DNA of 64,000 nt from a candidate division WOR-3 bacterium UBA1063 (GCA_002316275.1 DCDE01000035.1:1661-65660), one strand, 5' to 3'. Counted from the stretch's first letter, positions 27,604-37,422 are shown. The notes: generated from the letters alone by a model not told the origin. Numbers and translations: made by a program.

Positions 27604-29685
27604 GTGAAGAGATGCTCTGTGTGTGGAAAGGATAATCAGGATAATGCGTTATTTTGTGCCTTTTGCGGAAATAAATTTGATCAAAATACTTGCAAAGTAT
27701 GCGGTCAAGCAAACCCGCCTGGAGAATTGTTTTGTGTAAGGTGCGGGAACCCTATAATTGAAGGTTTACTCATAATAGAAAATAGATATAAGCTAATTAA
27801 GAAAATAGGCGTGGGTGGGTTCGGAAAGACATATCTCGCGGAGGACCTTCAACTTTTCGGCAAAAAAGTTGTAATTAAAGAATTCTCAATGAAATCTGCA
27901 AAATTTGACGAATTCATCAAATTTACTCAGCAAGAGGGAATGATACTTGCTAAACTAAACCACCCCCAGATACCAAAAATCCATGGATTCCTTGAAGACA
28001 AAAAGAATTCAAAGATTTATCTAATTCAGGACTTTGTTGAGGGAAAGAATCTCCGGCAACTCCTCACGGAAAGAACAAAACTGGAAGAAGATGAGGCAAT
28101 CATCATTTTAAAAGACACCTTGGATATACTCAGTTACCTACATTCCTTTAACCCTTCTTTACTCCACCGAGATATTAAACCCGAGAATATCATCGTAGAC
28201 CAAAATGGAAAAGCATATTTAGTCGATTATGGCGCAGTGATAGAATATCACGGTGATAAAAAAGACAGGGAAATTATGTACACCAAGGGCTATGCTTCAC
28301 CTCAGCAGAAGCAGGGCTTTTCATCTCCATCGAGCGACCTATACTCCCTCGGGATTGTTGCCATAGAAATCCTAACAGGGCTAACTCCTGACAAGTTTAA
28401 AAACGAAGAGACAGGAATTGTTGATTACTCAGTTATAAACGATATGAGCGTCGAATTGAGAGATTTCCTTGTAAAAATGACAAAACTGTCTACTTCTGAT
28501 AGATTCAAAAATGCCTCCGAAGCAAAAAATGCTCTCGAAGTGATTGAAAAAATCAGAACTCTCAGAGACATAAAGATTTCACAATATCACGGGAAAATCG
28601 GTGAGAAAGAAAGAAAAGACATAATAGATATGGCAAAAAAGTTAAATATCAGTCTAGACTTAATAAATAAGGTACTCGAAGAAGAGAAACATAAGATAGA
28701 AACGAAAGATGCATATAAAAAGGAAGTCTCGCCTTCATCCCCCTTTATTACAAGACTCTCTATAGTTTCCCAAGCTACTGGAGTCACAACTTGCAAGTTG
28801 ATCGGAAAAGTGCAAGCTCATCAAGGGTTAGCAATAAAAGTTGTTTTCTCTCCAAAGGGTGAATATATGCTTACAGCCGGGGCTGATGGAGTAATTAAAG
28901 TCTTTGGGACGACCCAATGGGAAAGAAAAATTTCTATTAAGGCGACTACTGATGATGATACTTTGACAGATATGAAAATGTCACCAAATTCACAATACCT
29001 TGTAGTATCAGCAAAATCTGGAAACATCAAATTCTTCGAAACTTCTTTCTGGACAAGACTCAACGTCGTCCACATTCAAAATGACGAAATCTCTGAAATT
29101 ACTTTCTCGCCCGACTCTAGACTGCTTTTTGTGGGTGGGTACGAAAAGGCAATATCCATTTTCGATATGATGAAGGTAGAAAAAACCGTTAATTTAACAG
29201 GACATGAAACTTGGATCAGCTGCTTAGAACATTCCCCAAAGGATAGATTGCTAGTATCAGGTGCCTGGGATGGCAGCGTCTTTATGTGGGATACACAAGA
29301 AATGAAATTAAAAAAATCTTTCAAGGAACATACGGGGCAGGTAAAGAAGATCCGATTTGCAAATTCTGGTAGATTCTTCGTTACTTCAGCGAATGACGGA
29401 TTAATTAACATATGGGACCCCTCCTCATTAACCATCGTTAAAAGGTATCAAATCTCTGAAGATTCGAGACAAATAATAGATATTGCTATTACCCCAAATG
29501 AGAAATACCTGCTGATTGCCTCGGAGAGGCGTGTATTAGTCATTGGATTAGACCTAATGGACAAGAAAATGGAAGTAGACCTTCAAACAAGAAAATGCAC
29601 AAGTATCAGCTTTTTCCCTCAAAAAAATTATTTTGCTACGAGTGATATCGACGGAATTATAAAACTATGGAAACTATCCATTTAG
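27604..29685 (+). CDS. double zinc-ribbon + Hanks-type Ser/Thr protein kinase + C-terminal WD40 beta-propeller
   Basis: GTG start 3 nt after the phosphatase stop. Zinc ribbons CSVCG...CAFCG and CKVCG...CVRCG. Kinase motifs GVGGFGKTY, VVIKEF, HRDIKPENI, DYG, GYASPQQ. WD40 repeats from ~aa 400 (GADGVIKVFG, SGAWDGSVFMWD, SANDGLINIWD, TSDIDGIIKLWK). Confidence 0.85.
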   Translation: MKRCSVCGKDNQDNALFCAFCGNKFDQNTCKVCGQANPPGELFCVRCGNPIIEGLLIIENRYKLIKKIGVGGFGKTYLAEDLQLFGKKVVIKEFSMKSAKFDEFIKFTQQEGMILAKLNHPQIPKIHGFLEDKKNSKIYLIQDFVEGKNLRQLLTERTKLEEDEAIIILKDTLDILSYLHSFNPSLLHRDIKPENIIVDQNGKAYLVDYGAVIEYHGDKKDREIMYTKGYASPQQKQGFSSPSSDLYSLGIVAIEILTGLTPDKFKNEETGIVDYSVINDMSVELRDFLVKMTKLSTSDRFKNASEAKNALEVIEKIRTLRDIKISQYHGKIGEKERKDIIDMAKKLNISLDLINKVLEEEKHKIETKDAYKKEVSPSSPFITRLSIVSQATGVTTCKLIGKVQAHQGLAIKVVFSPKGEYMLTAGADGVIKVFGTTQWERKISIKATTDDDTLTDMKMSPNSQYLVVSAKSGNIKFFETSFWTRLNVVHIQNDEISEITFSPDSRLLFVGGYEKAISIFDMMKVEKTVNLTGHETWISCLEHSPKDRLLVSGAWDGSVFMWDTQEMKLKKSFKEHTGQVKKIRFANSGRFFVTSANDGLINIWDPSSLTIVKRYQISEDSRQIIDIAITPNEKYLLIASERRVLVIGLDLMDKKMEVDLQTRKCTSISFFPQKNYFATSDIDGIIKLWKLSI

Positions 29686-30287
29686 TCGATATCCAGGTTA
29701 AAAATAACCCTTTCTCGCCTCATCCGCTCTGCATTAATAATTGAAACTATCCCCTTTGCAGCTTCATCTATCAACGAACTTATGACCCAGTATTGGTAAT
29801 TTTCCGCCCACTTCAATTCGACCTTGGCTCTGGAAAGCCTCTCTTGTAATTCCGATTCATTTTCAGTCTTTCGCCCATTCAACCTCCTTCTTAATTCTTC
29901 AAAAGAGGGTGGAAGAAGAAAAATGGAAATAATACTACCATCATACATGGCCTCAAGGGATTCTTTCCCCTGAATATCAAGATCCATTAGCACATCCATT
30001 CCTGCTTCAAGAGCTTTGATAACAGGGCTTTTGGGAGTACCATAATATTCTCCTCCAAACACTTTCGCCCACTCAAGTAGATCACCACTCTCAATCATTC
30101 TTTCGAACTCTTTCTTTGTAACGAAAATATAATCAACCCCATCAACTTCGCCTGGTCTGGGGGGCCTTGTAGTGGCAGAGACAGAATAAAAGACGCCAGA
30201 AACAAGCCTTCTAACCTCTTTAAGAATAGTAGTTTTACCAGCCCCGGATGGCGCAGATACTACAATTATGAACGGTTTATGATTCAT
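29682..30287 (-). CDS. gmk: guanylate kinase
   Basis: P-loop SAPSGAGKTT. GEVDGVDYIFV guanylate kinase core. 201 aa. Confidence 0.85.
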   Translation of the reverse strand: MNHKPFIIVVSAPSGAGKTTILKEVRRLVSGVFYSVSATTRPPRPGEVDGVDYIFVTKKEFERMIESGDLLEWAKVFGGEYYGTPKSPVIKALEAGMDVLMDLDIQGKESLEAMYDGSIISIFLLPPSFEELRRRLNGRKTENESELQERLSRAKVELKWAENYQYWVISSLIDEAAKGIVSIINAERMRRERVIFNLDID

Positions 30288-32107
30288 TCTACTGTCACAC
30301 TTTTTGCAAGATTCCTTGGCCTGTCTACATCACATCCTCTTCCAACAGCCACGTTATATGCAAAAAGCTGCAGAGGAATGATTGACACCAAAGGAGTAAG
30401 TAACTCGTTCACCTCAGGCATCTTAAAAACATAATCACTCAGCATCTCCATTTTTAAGTCACCAGAAGAGGCAACAGAAATTATAATGCCGCCCCTTGCG
30501 CGTACTTCTTCGATATTATTCAGAGACTTCTCATAAACAGACGTCTTAGGATTCACGAAGACCACTGGTAAATCTTTGTCCACAAGTGCCAGGGGCCCAT
30601 GCTTCATTTCACCAGCGGCATAACCCGTAGCATGAACATAAGAAACCTCTTTTAACTTCAAAGCACCTTCAAGGGCTGTTGGATAGTTTATACCTCGTCC
30701 AAGGAAAACAAAATGTTTTGCATCCAAAAATCTGGTTGCAACTTCCTTCACATAACCAGACTCACATAGAACATCGTTTATCTTTCCGGGTAGCTCAAAC
30801 AGTTCATCCCTCATCCTCGAAAAATCCTCTTCAGAAACGAAGCCTCTTAGTAATCCAACTTCTAAACTCAGTAAGAACAGTATTAGAATCTGTGCAGTAT
30901 ATGCTTTAGTCGATGCTACCCCTATTTCAGGACCTGCATTTATATAAAGAACATAGTCTGATTCCCTTGCAATCGAACTATCCTTAACGTTGACAATAGA
31001 AAGTACTTCAAAACCATTTTCCTTAACTAGTTTCACTCCAGCAAGGGTATCTGCTGTCTCGCCCGATTGACTAATGGCAATTACCAACGTGTTTTGACCA
31101 AGGACAGGTTCTCTATAGCGAAACTCTGAAGAATAATCAACATCAGTTTGAATCCTTGCAAGTTTCTCCAACAAGTACTTCCCCACGAGCCCGGCATGCA
31201 TAGAAGTCCCAGAGGCCTGTATCAAAATTCTATCCTTATTCAAAAGCAATCTCCTCAAGTTAAAATCTTTCAGAAGGGTAACTTCGTTACCTCTAATATA
31301 GTACTCAAGGTTCCTTCGCAAGACTTCAGGTTGCTCAAAAATCTCCTTTAGCATGAAGTGTGAAAATTCGCCTTTTTCTGCCATATCTACGGTCCAGTCT
31401 ATCTTTGTGATATACTTCTGCTTTGGATTCCCATCAAAGTCATATACAGACCAAGAATTCTGAGTCAAAACGCAAATCTCCCCATCATTAAGTACTACTA
31501 CATCCTTAGTATGGGATAAAAGCGGCATCTGATCCGACGAAAGAAGCATCTCATCTTTACCCACTCCAATGATCAAAGGGCTCCCCATTTTTACACCTAT
31601 AATGCGGTCCGGCTCCATAGATGACAGTATCACAAGTGCAAAAGAACCTTGTAATCTTTTCACAGCTTTCAACACAGCATCAAAAAGAGAACCCTCATAG
31701 TATTCTTCAATTAAATGCGGAATGACCTCGCTGTCAGTTTCAGATACGAATTTATGCCCACTTTTTTCGAGTTCTAGCTTCAACTCTTGAAAATTCTCTA
31801 TGATGCCATTATGGGACACGGCAATCTGAGACTTACAATCAACGTGGGGATGGGCATTGATATCATTCACCCCTCCATGAGTTGCCCATCGTGTATGGCC
31901 AATTCCTGCTTTTCCGTTAAACGCCATTCCATTTACAAGTTTGTATAAATCCCCAATTCTTCCTGAACGCTTTTTTACTACTAGCCTCCCATTATGGATG
32001 ACCGCAATTCCAGCCGAATCATACCCGCGGTACTCAAGCTTTTCGAGACCAACAAGAATCACGGCACCCAAATCTTTAGATCCTATATATCCAACTATTC
32101 CACACAT
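30284..32107 (-). CDS. glmS: glutamine--fructose-6-phosphate aminotransferase
   Basis: MCGIVGYIG Ntn-amidotransferase N-terminus. Two SIS domains. C-terminal AKSVTVE. Start trimmed to the Met preceding the catalytic Cys, because the track ORF extension overlaps tRNA-Leu. Confidence 0.9.
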   Translation of the reverse strand: MCGIVGYIGSKDLGAVILVGLEKLEYRGYDSAGIAVIHNGRLVVKKRSGRIGDLYKLVNGMAFNGKAGIGHTRWATHGGVNDINAHPHVDCKSQIAVSHNGIIENFQELKLELEKSGHKFVSETDSEVIPHLIEEYYEGSLFDAVLKAVKRLQGSFALVILSSMEPDRIIGVKMGSPLIIGVGKDEMLLSSDQMPLLSHTKDVVVLNDGEICVLTQNSWSVYDFDGNPKQKYITKIDWTVDMAEKGEFSHFMLKEIFEQPEVLRRNLEYYIRGNEVTLLKDFNLRRLLLNKDRILIQASGTSMHAGLVGKYLLEKLARIQTDVDYSSEFRYREPVLGQNTLVIAISQSGETADTLAGVKLVKENGFEVLSIVNVKDSSIARESDYVLYINAGPEIGVASTKAYTAQILILFLLSLEVGLLRGFVSEEDFSRMRDELFELPGKINDVLCESGYVKEVATRFLDAKHFVFLGRGINYPTALEGALKLKEVSYVHATGYAAGEMKHGPLALVDKDLPVVFVNPKTSVYEKSLNNIEEVRARGGIIISVASSGDLKMEMLSDYVFKMPEVNELLTPLVSIIPLQLFAYNVAVGRGCDVDRPRNLAKSVTVE

Positions 32108-32114
32108 TTCATTT

Positions 32115-32200
32115 AATGCCGGAGGAGGGACTCGAACCCTCACTCCGCTTTAACGGAAGCGGATTTTGAGTCCGCCGCGTCTTCCTATTCCGCCACTCCG
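32115..32200 (-). tRNA. tRNA-Leu (anticodon CAA), class II with long variable arm
   Basis: Hand-folded. Acceptor GCCGGAG/CTCCGGC+A. Anticodon stem GCGGA/TCCGC with loop CTCAAAA. T-loop GGTTCGAGTCC. No encoded CCA. Confidence 0.8.
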
Positions 32201-32321
32201 GCCAAGTAAAATTATAAAACCTCACTGGATGAGAATCAATTATAGAATCAGGAAACTACGAATTTAGACCGATTCGGCTCATTGCTTTTTCAATACTTTC
32301 CATTTATAATAAACCACTACA

Positions 32322-32412
<91 letters not shown>

Positions 32413-32480
32413 GTAAAGAAGCCCTTAGACTTGAATTAACTTAGGGTGTGAAATATAATTTAGCAGATGTGGAGGATTGA

Positions 32481-32921
32481 ATGGGTACTTTTATACCTAA
32501 AGAATCAGATATAAACAGAAAATGGCTGCTTATTGACGCATCGGGCATAGAATTAGGACGCCTAGCTTCGAGAGTAGCGCTCCTGCTTCAGGGAAAGAGA
32601 AAGAGGACATATACTCCTCATATAGATACAGGGGATTTCGTGATTATCGTTAATGCTGACAAGGTGAGACTTACGGGTAAAAAACTTGATAACAAAATCT
32701 ACTACCATCATACTGGTTACCCTGGAGGTATCAAGCAGAAAACAGCTAGGCAAATCATGGATAAATATCCAGAAAGGCTAATCGAAATGGCCGTAAAGAG
32801 GATGCTGCCCAAAAACAAACTCGGTGCTCAAATGTTTCGCAAGTTAAAAGTTTACAGAGGTCCAGAACACCCACATAAGGCTCAAAAACCGGAGCCTATA
32901 GATATTCTAAAAATAAATTAA
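32481..32921 (+). CDS. rplM: 50S ribosomal protein L13
   Basis: KWLLIDASG...[13 protein letters not shown]...[18 protein letters not shown] matches the L13 family. Confidence 0.9.
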   Translation: MGTFIPKESDINRKWLLIDASGIELGRLASRVALLLQGKRKRTYTPHIDTGDFVIIVNADKVRLTGKKLDNKIYYHHTGYPGGIKQKTARQIMDKYPERLIEMAVKRMLPKNKLGAQMFRKLKVYRGPEHPHKAQKPEPIDILKIN

Positions 32922-32934
32922 GGGAGGTTTAAAC

Positions 32935-33333
32935 TTGAGTGATGCTAAAATAGTCTTTGCATGGGGTTCAAGAAAAAGGTCAGTAGCAAGACTCAGGATT
33001 AAAGAAAATGGAAGAGGAAGAATTTACATAAATGGTCTTAGACCCCAAGAATACTTTGGAAGGGAAGACTTAGTCCTCTATGCCCTAGAACCTTTAAAAA
33101 TTACTGGAGTTGAAAAATCACTTGACGTAGTCTGTAAGGTTGAAGGTGGTGGAAAATCTGGACAGGCAGGAGCGATGAGGCTTGCCCTGGCAAGAGCTCT
33201 AAAGGATTTTGACGAGAACCTCACGGAAGTATTAAAAAAGTTCAGGATGCTGTCAAGAGACCCAAGAGAAAAGGAGAGAATGAAATATGGAAGAAGCAAG
33301 AGAAGAAAATCTCCACAATACTCAAAACGATGA
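32935..33333 (+). CDS. rpsI: 30S ribosomal protein S9
   Basis: C-terminal GRSKRRKSPQYSKR. GGGKSGQAGAMRLALARAL. Confidence 0.9.
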   Translation: MSDAKIVFAWGSRKRSVARLRIKENGRGRIYINGLRPQEYFGREDLVLYALEPLKITGVEKSLDVVCKVEGGGKSGQAGAMRLALARALKDFDENLTEVLKKFRMLSRDPREKERMKYGRSKRRKSPQYSKR

Positions 33334-34069
33334 TAGCATAGCATTCCCAGTTACCCTAAAGGACCTCCTGGAAGCTGGTGTTCAGTTTGGCCATAAAAAA
33401 AGACGTTGGAACCCAAAAATGAAACCGTACATATTCACCCTACGAGAAGAACATCACATTATAGACATCAGAAAAACTTTTGAAAAATTGAAAGAAGCCT
33501 ATGAATTTGTGATGAGATTGAGCTCCCGCGGAGGGAGCGTACTTTTCATATGCACAAAAAAACAAGGAAAAGACATAGTAGCTGAGGAAGCAAGGAGATG
33601 CGGTACATTCTATATGACCGAACGCTGGCCAGGCGGAGCTCTTACAAATTTTGAAACCATACGAAACAGAATTTCTAGGATGAAAGAACTAATTCATATG
33701 AAAGAAACCGGCGAGCTTGAGCGTTATCCCAAAAAAGAACAGCTCCTTATGTTAAAGGAACTGGAAAAACTGCAAAAAGTCTTCGAAGGAATTGCTGATA
33801 TGGAAACCCTCCCAGACGCAGTTTATATTGTAGATCTCGTTAAAGAAGAAATTGCATTTCTTGAGGCTAAGAGGCTCGACATACCTGTCGTTGCCATTGT
33901 CGACACCAATGCGGATCCCACCCTTGTAGACTACCCAATACCTGGTAATGATGATGCCATCAGGTCTATTTCGTTAATTACAAGAACTATCGCAAATGCA
34001 ATTATTGAAGGCAGGCAAGGACAAGAAGGCTCAAAATTAGAGCAAAAAGACGAAGAAGGAGGATTATAA
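33287..34069 (+). CDS. rpsB: 30S ribosomal protein S2
   Basis: LLEAGVQFGHKKRRWNPKMKPYIF S2 signature. The only in-frame start is ATG 33287, which gives a 47-nt overlap with rpsI. Confidence 0.85.
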   Translation: MEEAREENLHNTQNDDSIAFPVTLKDLLEAGVQFGHKKRRWNPKMKPYIFTLREEHHIIDIRKTFEKLKEAYEFVMRLSSRGGSVLFICTKKQGKDIVAEEARRCGTFYMTERWPGGALTNFETIRNRISRMKELIHMKETGELERYPKKEQLLMLKELEKLQKVFEGIADMETLPDAVYIVDLVKEEIAFLEAKRLDIPVVAIVDTNADPTLVDYPIPGNDDAIRSISLITRTIANAIIEGRQGQEGSKLEQKDEEGGL

Positions 34070-34666
34070 ATGTCTATCTCTGCGGATTTAGTTAAAGAGC
34101 TGCGTGAGAGAACAGGTGCAGGTGTATTGGATTGTAAAAAAGCACTTGAAAAAACCGGCGGTGATCTGGAGAAAGCAATCGAAGAACTCCGAAAGATGGG
34201 ACTTGCGAAGGCAGACAAAAAACTCGATAGAGAAACAAAGGAAGGGATTGTAGAAGCTTATATTCACCCAGGTGCAAGACTTGGGGTTTTAGTAGAAGTA
34301 AATTGCGAAACAGATTTTGTTGCGAATACAGAAGAATTTAGAAAACTTGCACACAACATAGCCCTTCAAATAGCAGCTATGGCTCCTAAATACATAAAAA
34401 GAGAGGATATTCCACAGGATGTAGTAGAGAAGGAAAAACAAATTCTCAAAGAACAGCTTATTAGAGAAGGCAAACCTGAAAATGTGGTGAACAAGATCGT
34501 AGAAGGAAAAATGGAAAAGTTTTACCAAGAAAATGTACTCTATGATCAGGAATTATTTATGGAACCGGGCATTACCATTGAGGAATATTTAAAGCAACAT
34601 ATTGCCAGATTTTCAGAAAACATAAGGATAAAGAGGTTTGCGAGGTTTAAAATAGGTGAAGAGTAA
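34070..34666 (+). CDS. tsf: elongation factor Ts
   Basis: ISADLVKELRERTGAGVLDCKKALEKTGGDLEKAIEELRKMG UBA-like N-terminus of EF-Ts. Confidence 0.9.
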   Translation: MSISADLVKELRERTGAGVLDCKKALEKTGGDLEKAIEELRKMGLAKADKKLDRETKEGIVEAYIHPGARLGVLVEVNCETDFVANTEEFRKLAHNIALQIAAMAPKYIKREDIPQDVVEKEKQILKEQLIREGKPENVVNKIVEGKMEKFYQENVLYDQELFMEPGITIEEYLKQHIARFSENIRIKRFARFKIGEE

Positions 34667-35369
34667 TTATTGCCGGGTTTTATTAAAGGCCTCAGGAGAA
34701 CTATTCGGCAATGATGAAGAAAATCTCGATATAAGTTTTCTCAGTAGATTTTCAAAGGAAGTCTCCACCTGTGTAGAGGAACTGCACACCCAAATTGCAA
34801 TAGTTGTCGGTGGTGGTAATATAATCCGTGGTAAGACCGTTGAGAAGCTAGGATTTGACAGAATTTCCGCTGACTATATGGGCATGCTCGCCACTGCAAT
34901 TAATAGCATTGCTTTGCAAAACATGCTGGAGAAAGAGGGTATAGAATCCCGAATTGTCTCAGCTATTGAAATAAAAGACATTAGTGAGCCTTTTATTCTA
35001 AGAAGAGTACTCGAACACCTTAATAAAAATCGCGTAGTTATCTTCGCATGTGGTACGGGGCACCCACTTTTTACCACCGACACTGCGGCTGCATTAAGGG
35101 CTGGTGAAATTAAAGCCAAGCTACTTATGAAAGGCACAAAGGTAGATGGAGTTTACGATAAGGACCCTAAAGTGCATAAAGACGCAAAAAAAATTGACTA
35201 TATTGATCTTAAAACTATGCTGGATTTAGACCTACAAGTAATGGATCAAGCTGCTATCACCCTGTGTAGGGAGAATAGAATTCCAATTCTTGTTTTTGAT
35301 ATCACAAAAGAAGGCAATCTATTGAAAGCCCTTTCTGGTGAAAGAATAGGTACCTTCGTGGCAATTTAA
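34656..35369 (+). CDS. pyrH: UMP kinase
   Basis: VLLKASGELFG...VVGGGNIIRG amino-acid-kinase fold motifs. Confidence 0.9.
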   Translation: MKSNYCRVLLKASGELFGNDEENLDISFLSRFSKEVSTCVEELHTQIAIVVGGGNIIRGKTVEKLGFDRISADYMGMLATAINSIALQNMLEKEGIESRIVSAIEIKDISEPFILRRVLEHLNKNRVVIFACGTGHPLFTTDTAAALRAGEIKAKLLMKGTKVDGVYDKDPKVHKDAKKIDYIDLKTMLDLDLQVMDQAAITLCRENRIPILVFDITKEGNLLKALSGERIGTFVAI

Positions 35370-35389
35370 GCCTTCAAGGGAGGAACTAA

Positions 35390-35947
35390 ATGATAGATAA
35401 AATATACAAAGATGCTGAGCTTCGCATGAAGAAAACTACTGAAAATTTTGAAAGAGAAATAACGCACCTCAGGACGGGGCGTGCAAGTCCATACCTACTT
35501 GATGGCGTTAAGGTAGACTACTATGGAACACAGGTACCAATTAACCAGATTGCAACCATCCAGATTCCAGAGGCTTCCCTGATAATTATTCAGCCGTGGG
35601 ACAAGTCAATAATTGGAGAAATTGAAAGGGCCATAAAGAAGACTGGTCTTGGGTTAAACCCTCAAAGCGATGGTAACGTACTCAGAATACCTATACCCCC
35701 ACTATCTGAGGAAAGGCGACAGGAACTCATAAAAATAGTGAGAAAATATGCCGAAGATGCTAGGGTTGCGATAAGAAACGTCAGGAGAGACTGTGTGGAG
35801 CAGATAAAGAAACTCGAGAAAAATAAAGAGATAAGTGAGGACGACTCAAAAAAAGCTGAGAAACATTTGCAGGAAATCCATGACAAATTCGTTGAAGAAA
35901 TCAATGAGTTAGTAAAGAACAAGGAGAAAGAGCTACTTGAAGAGTAG
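35390..35947 (+). CDS. frr: ribosome recycling factor
   Basis: 185 aa. TTENFEREITHLRTGRASPYLLDGVKVDYYG. Confidence 0.9.
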   Translation: MIDKIYKDAELRMKKTTENFEREITHLRTGRASPYLLDGVKVDYYGTQVPINQIATIQIPEASLIIIQPWDKSIIGEIERAIKKTGLGLNPQSDGNVLRIPIPPLSEERRQELIKIVRKYAEDARVAIRNVRRDCVEQIKKLEKNKEISEDDSKKAEKHLQEIHDKFVEEINELVKNKEKELLEE

Positions 35948-36638
35948 CATACCCCAGCATGTTGCAATAATAATGGATGGCAATGGACGCTGGGCTAAGG
36001 AAAGAGGTTTGCCACGTTACATTGGTCATCAGGCAGGGGCTGAATCGGTAAGAGAAATCATTAGAGTCTCACAACAGATAGGAATAAAGTACCTTACTCT
36101 GTATACCTTCTCACTGGAAAACTGGAAGAGACCAAAAATCGAAGTGGACTTCCTGATGAAAATGTTAAGCAAACTGATTAAAAATGAAGTTGAAACCCTT
36201 GCAAAAAACAACGTAAAGCTTAATTTCATTGGTAAACTAGAACTCTTACCCGACTCCGTAAAAAAGGAAATCAAAAGTGCCAGTCATATTACGGAGGCTT
36301 GTACAGGCCTTACCGTAATACTGGCTATATCTTACGGAGGCAGGACCGAAATTCTTGATGCCATCCATAGGATTGGTTATGAGGGGCGTAATCTTATGGA
36401 TATCACTGAAGAAGAGTTTAAAAAGTACACGTACTTAAGTAATGTAAAAGATCCGGATTTGCTGGTACGTACAGGAGGAGAACTGAGGATATCAAATTTT
36501 CTCCTTTGGCACATTGCATACACAGAGCTCTACTTCACACCTACCCTATGGCCTGACTTCAGGAAAGAAGAATATTTGAGAATCTTAGAGGATTACTCAA
36601 CAAGAGAAAGAAGATTTGGTGGCATCCCTGAAGTCTGA
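35937..36638 (+). CDS. uppS: undecaprenyl diphosphate synthase
   Basis: HVAIIMDGNGRWAKERG...TLYTFSLENWKRP cis-prenyltransferase motifs. Confidence 0.9.
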   Translation: MKSSIPQHVAIIMDGNGRWAKERGLPRYIGHQAGAESVREIIRVSQQIGIKYLTLYTFSLENWKRPKIEVDFLMKMLSKLIKNEVETLAKNNVKLNFIGKLELLPDSVKKEIKSASHITEACTGLTVILAISYGGRTEILDAIHRIGYEGRNLMDITEEEFKKYTYLSNVKDPDLLVRTGGELRISNFLLWHIAYTELYFTPTLWPDFRKEEYLRILEDYSTRERRFGGIPEV

Positions 36639-37422
36639 ACTCAAAAAACGCACTATTACTGCTCTCTTTCTCATTCCAGCAGTTCTTTTAATTATATACC
36701 TTGGTAATATATGTTTCACCATCCTTGTAATCATTGCTTTTGGACTCAGCGAGTGGGAATTTTTGAACATGTTTAACGTAAAAGTCCCACTAAGGATCTA
36801 TTCAATCCTACTTCTTGTAGTTCCAATTTTGTTATATTTCTTCAACCTAAAATACTTTATATTCCTGTCACCTCTTCTTATCTTTCTCCCCATTCCAATC
36901 CTTTGGAACAGGGGCATTTCTATTAGAGAGTTTGCCCTTTCCACGTTTATCTTAATATACATGCTTATAGGCGCAATCTCTGTACTTTTACTTAGGACAC
37001 ACCTTGGAGTTAGAGGTATCTTGTTTTTTCTATTTATTATCTGGATCTTTGATAGTTTGGCTTACATAAGCGGGTCTCTCTGGGGAAAACATAAACTCGC
37101 AGAGAAAATCAGCCCCAAAAAAACCATTGAAGGTTACATATACGGAATCCTCTTAACGATACCCTTTGCATATCTTTTATTTCTTCTAAAAATCACTCCT
37201 CCCTCTGCAGAACTCATAGTTACTTTAATCCTCACTGTAATCCTTTCCGCGCTGTCACAAGTAGGTGACCTCGTTGAGTCTACTTTCAAACGTGAGGTAG
37301 GAGTAAAAGATTCATCAAACATTTTCCCAGGCCACGGAGGAATGCTTGACAGAATCGATAGCATTGTGTTTACTGCTCCATACTTTGCTTTAATTACGAG
37401 GCTCTTTGGGCTATGGAAATAA
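36616..37422 (+). CDS. cdsA: phosphatidate cytidylyltransferase
   Basis: Multi-TM. C-terminal CTP_transf_1 signature SLAYISGSLWGKHKLAEKISPKKTIEG...GHGGMLDRIDS. Confidence 0.85.
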   Translation: MVASLKSELKKRTITALFLIPAVLLIIYLGNICFTILVIIAFGLSEWEFLNMFNVKVPLRIYSILLLVVPILLYFFNLKYFIFLSPLLIFLPIPILWNRGISIREFALSTFILIYMLIGAISVLLLRTHLGVRGILFFLFIIWIFDSLAYISGSLWGKHKLAEKISPKKTIEGYIYGILLTIPFAYLLFLLKITPPSAELIVTLILTVILSALSQVGDLVESTFKREVGVKDSSNIFPGHGGMLDRIDSIVFTAPYFALITRLFGLWK

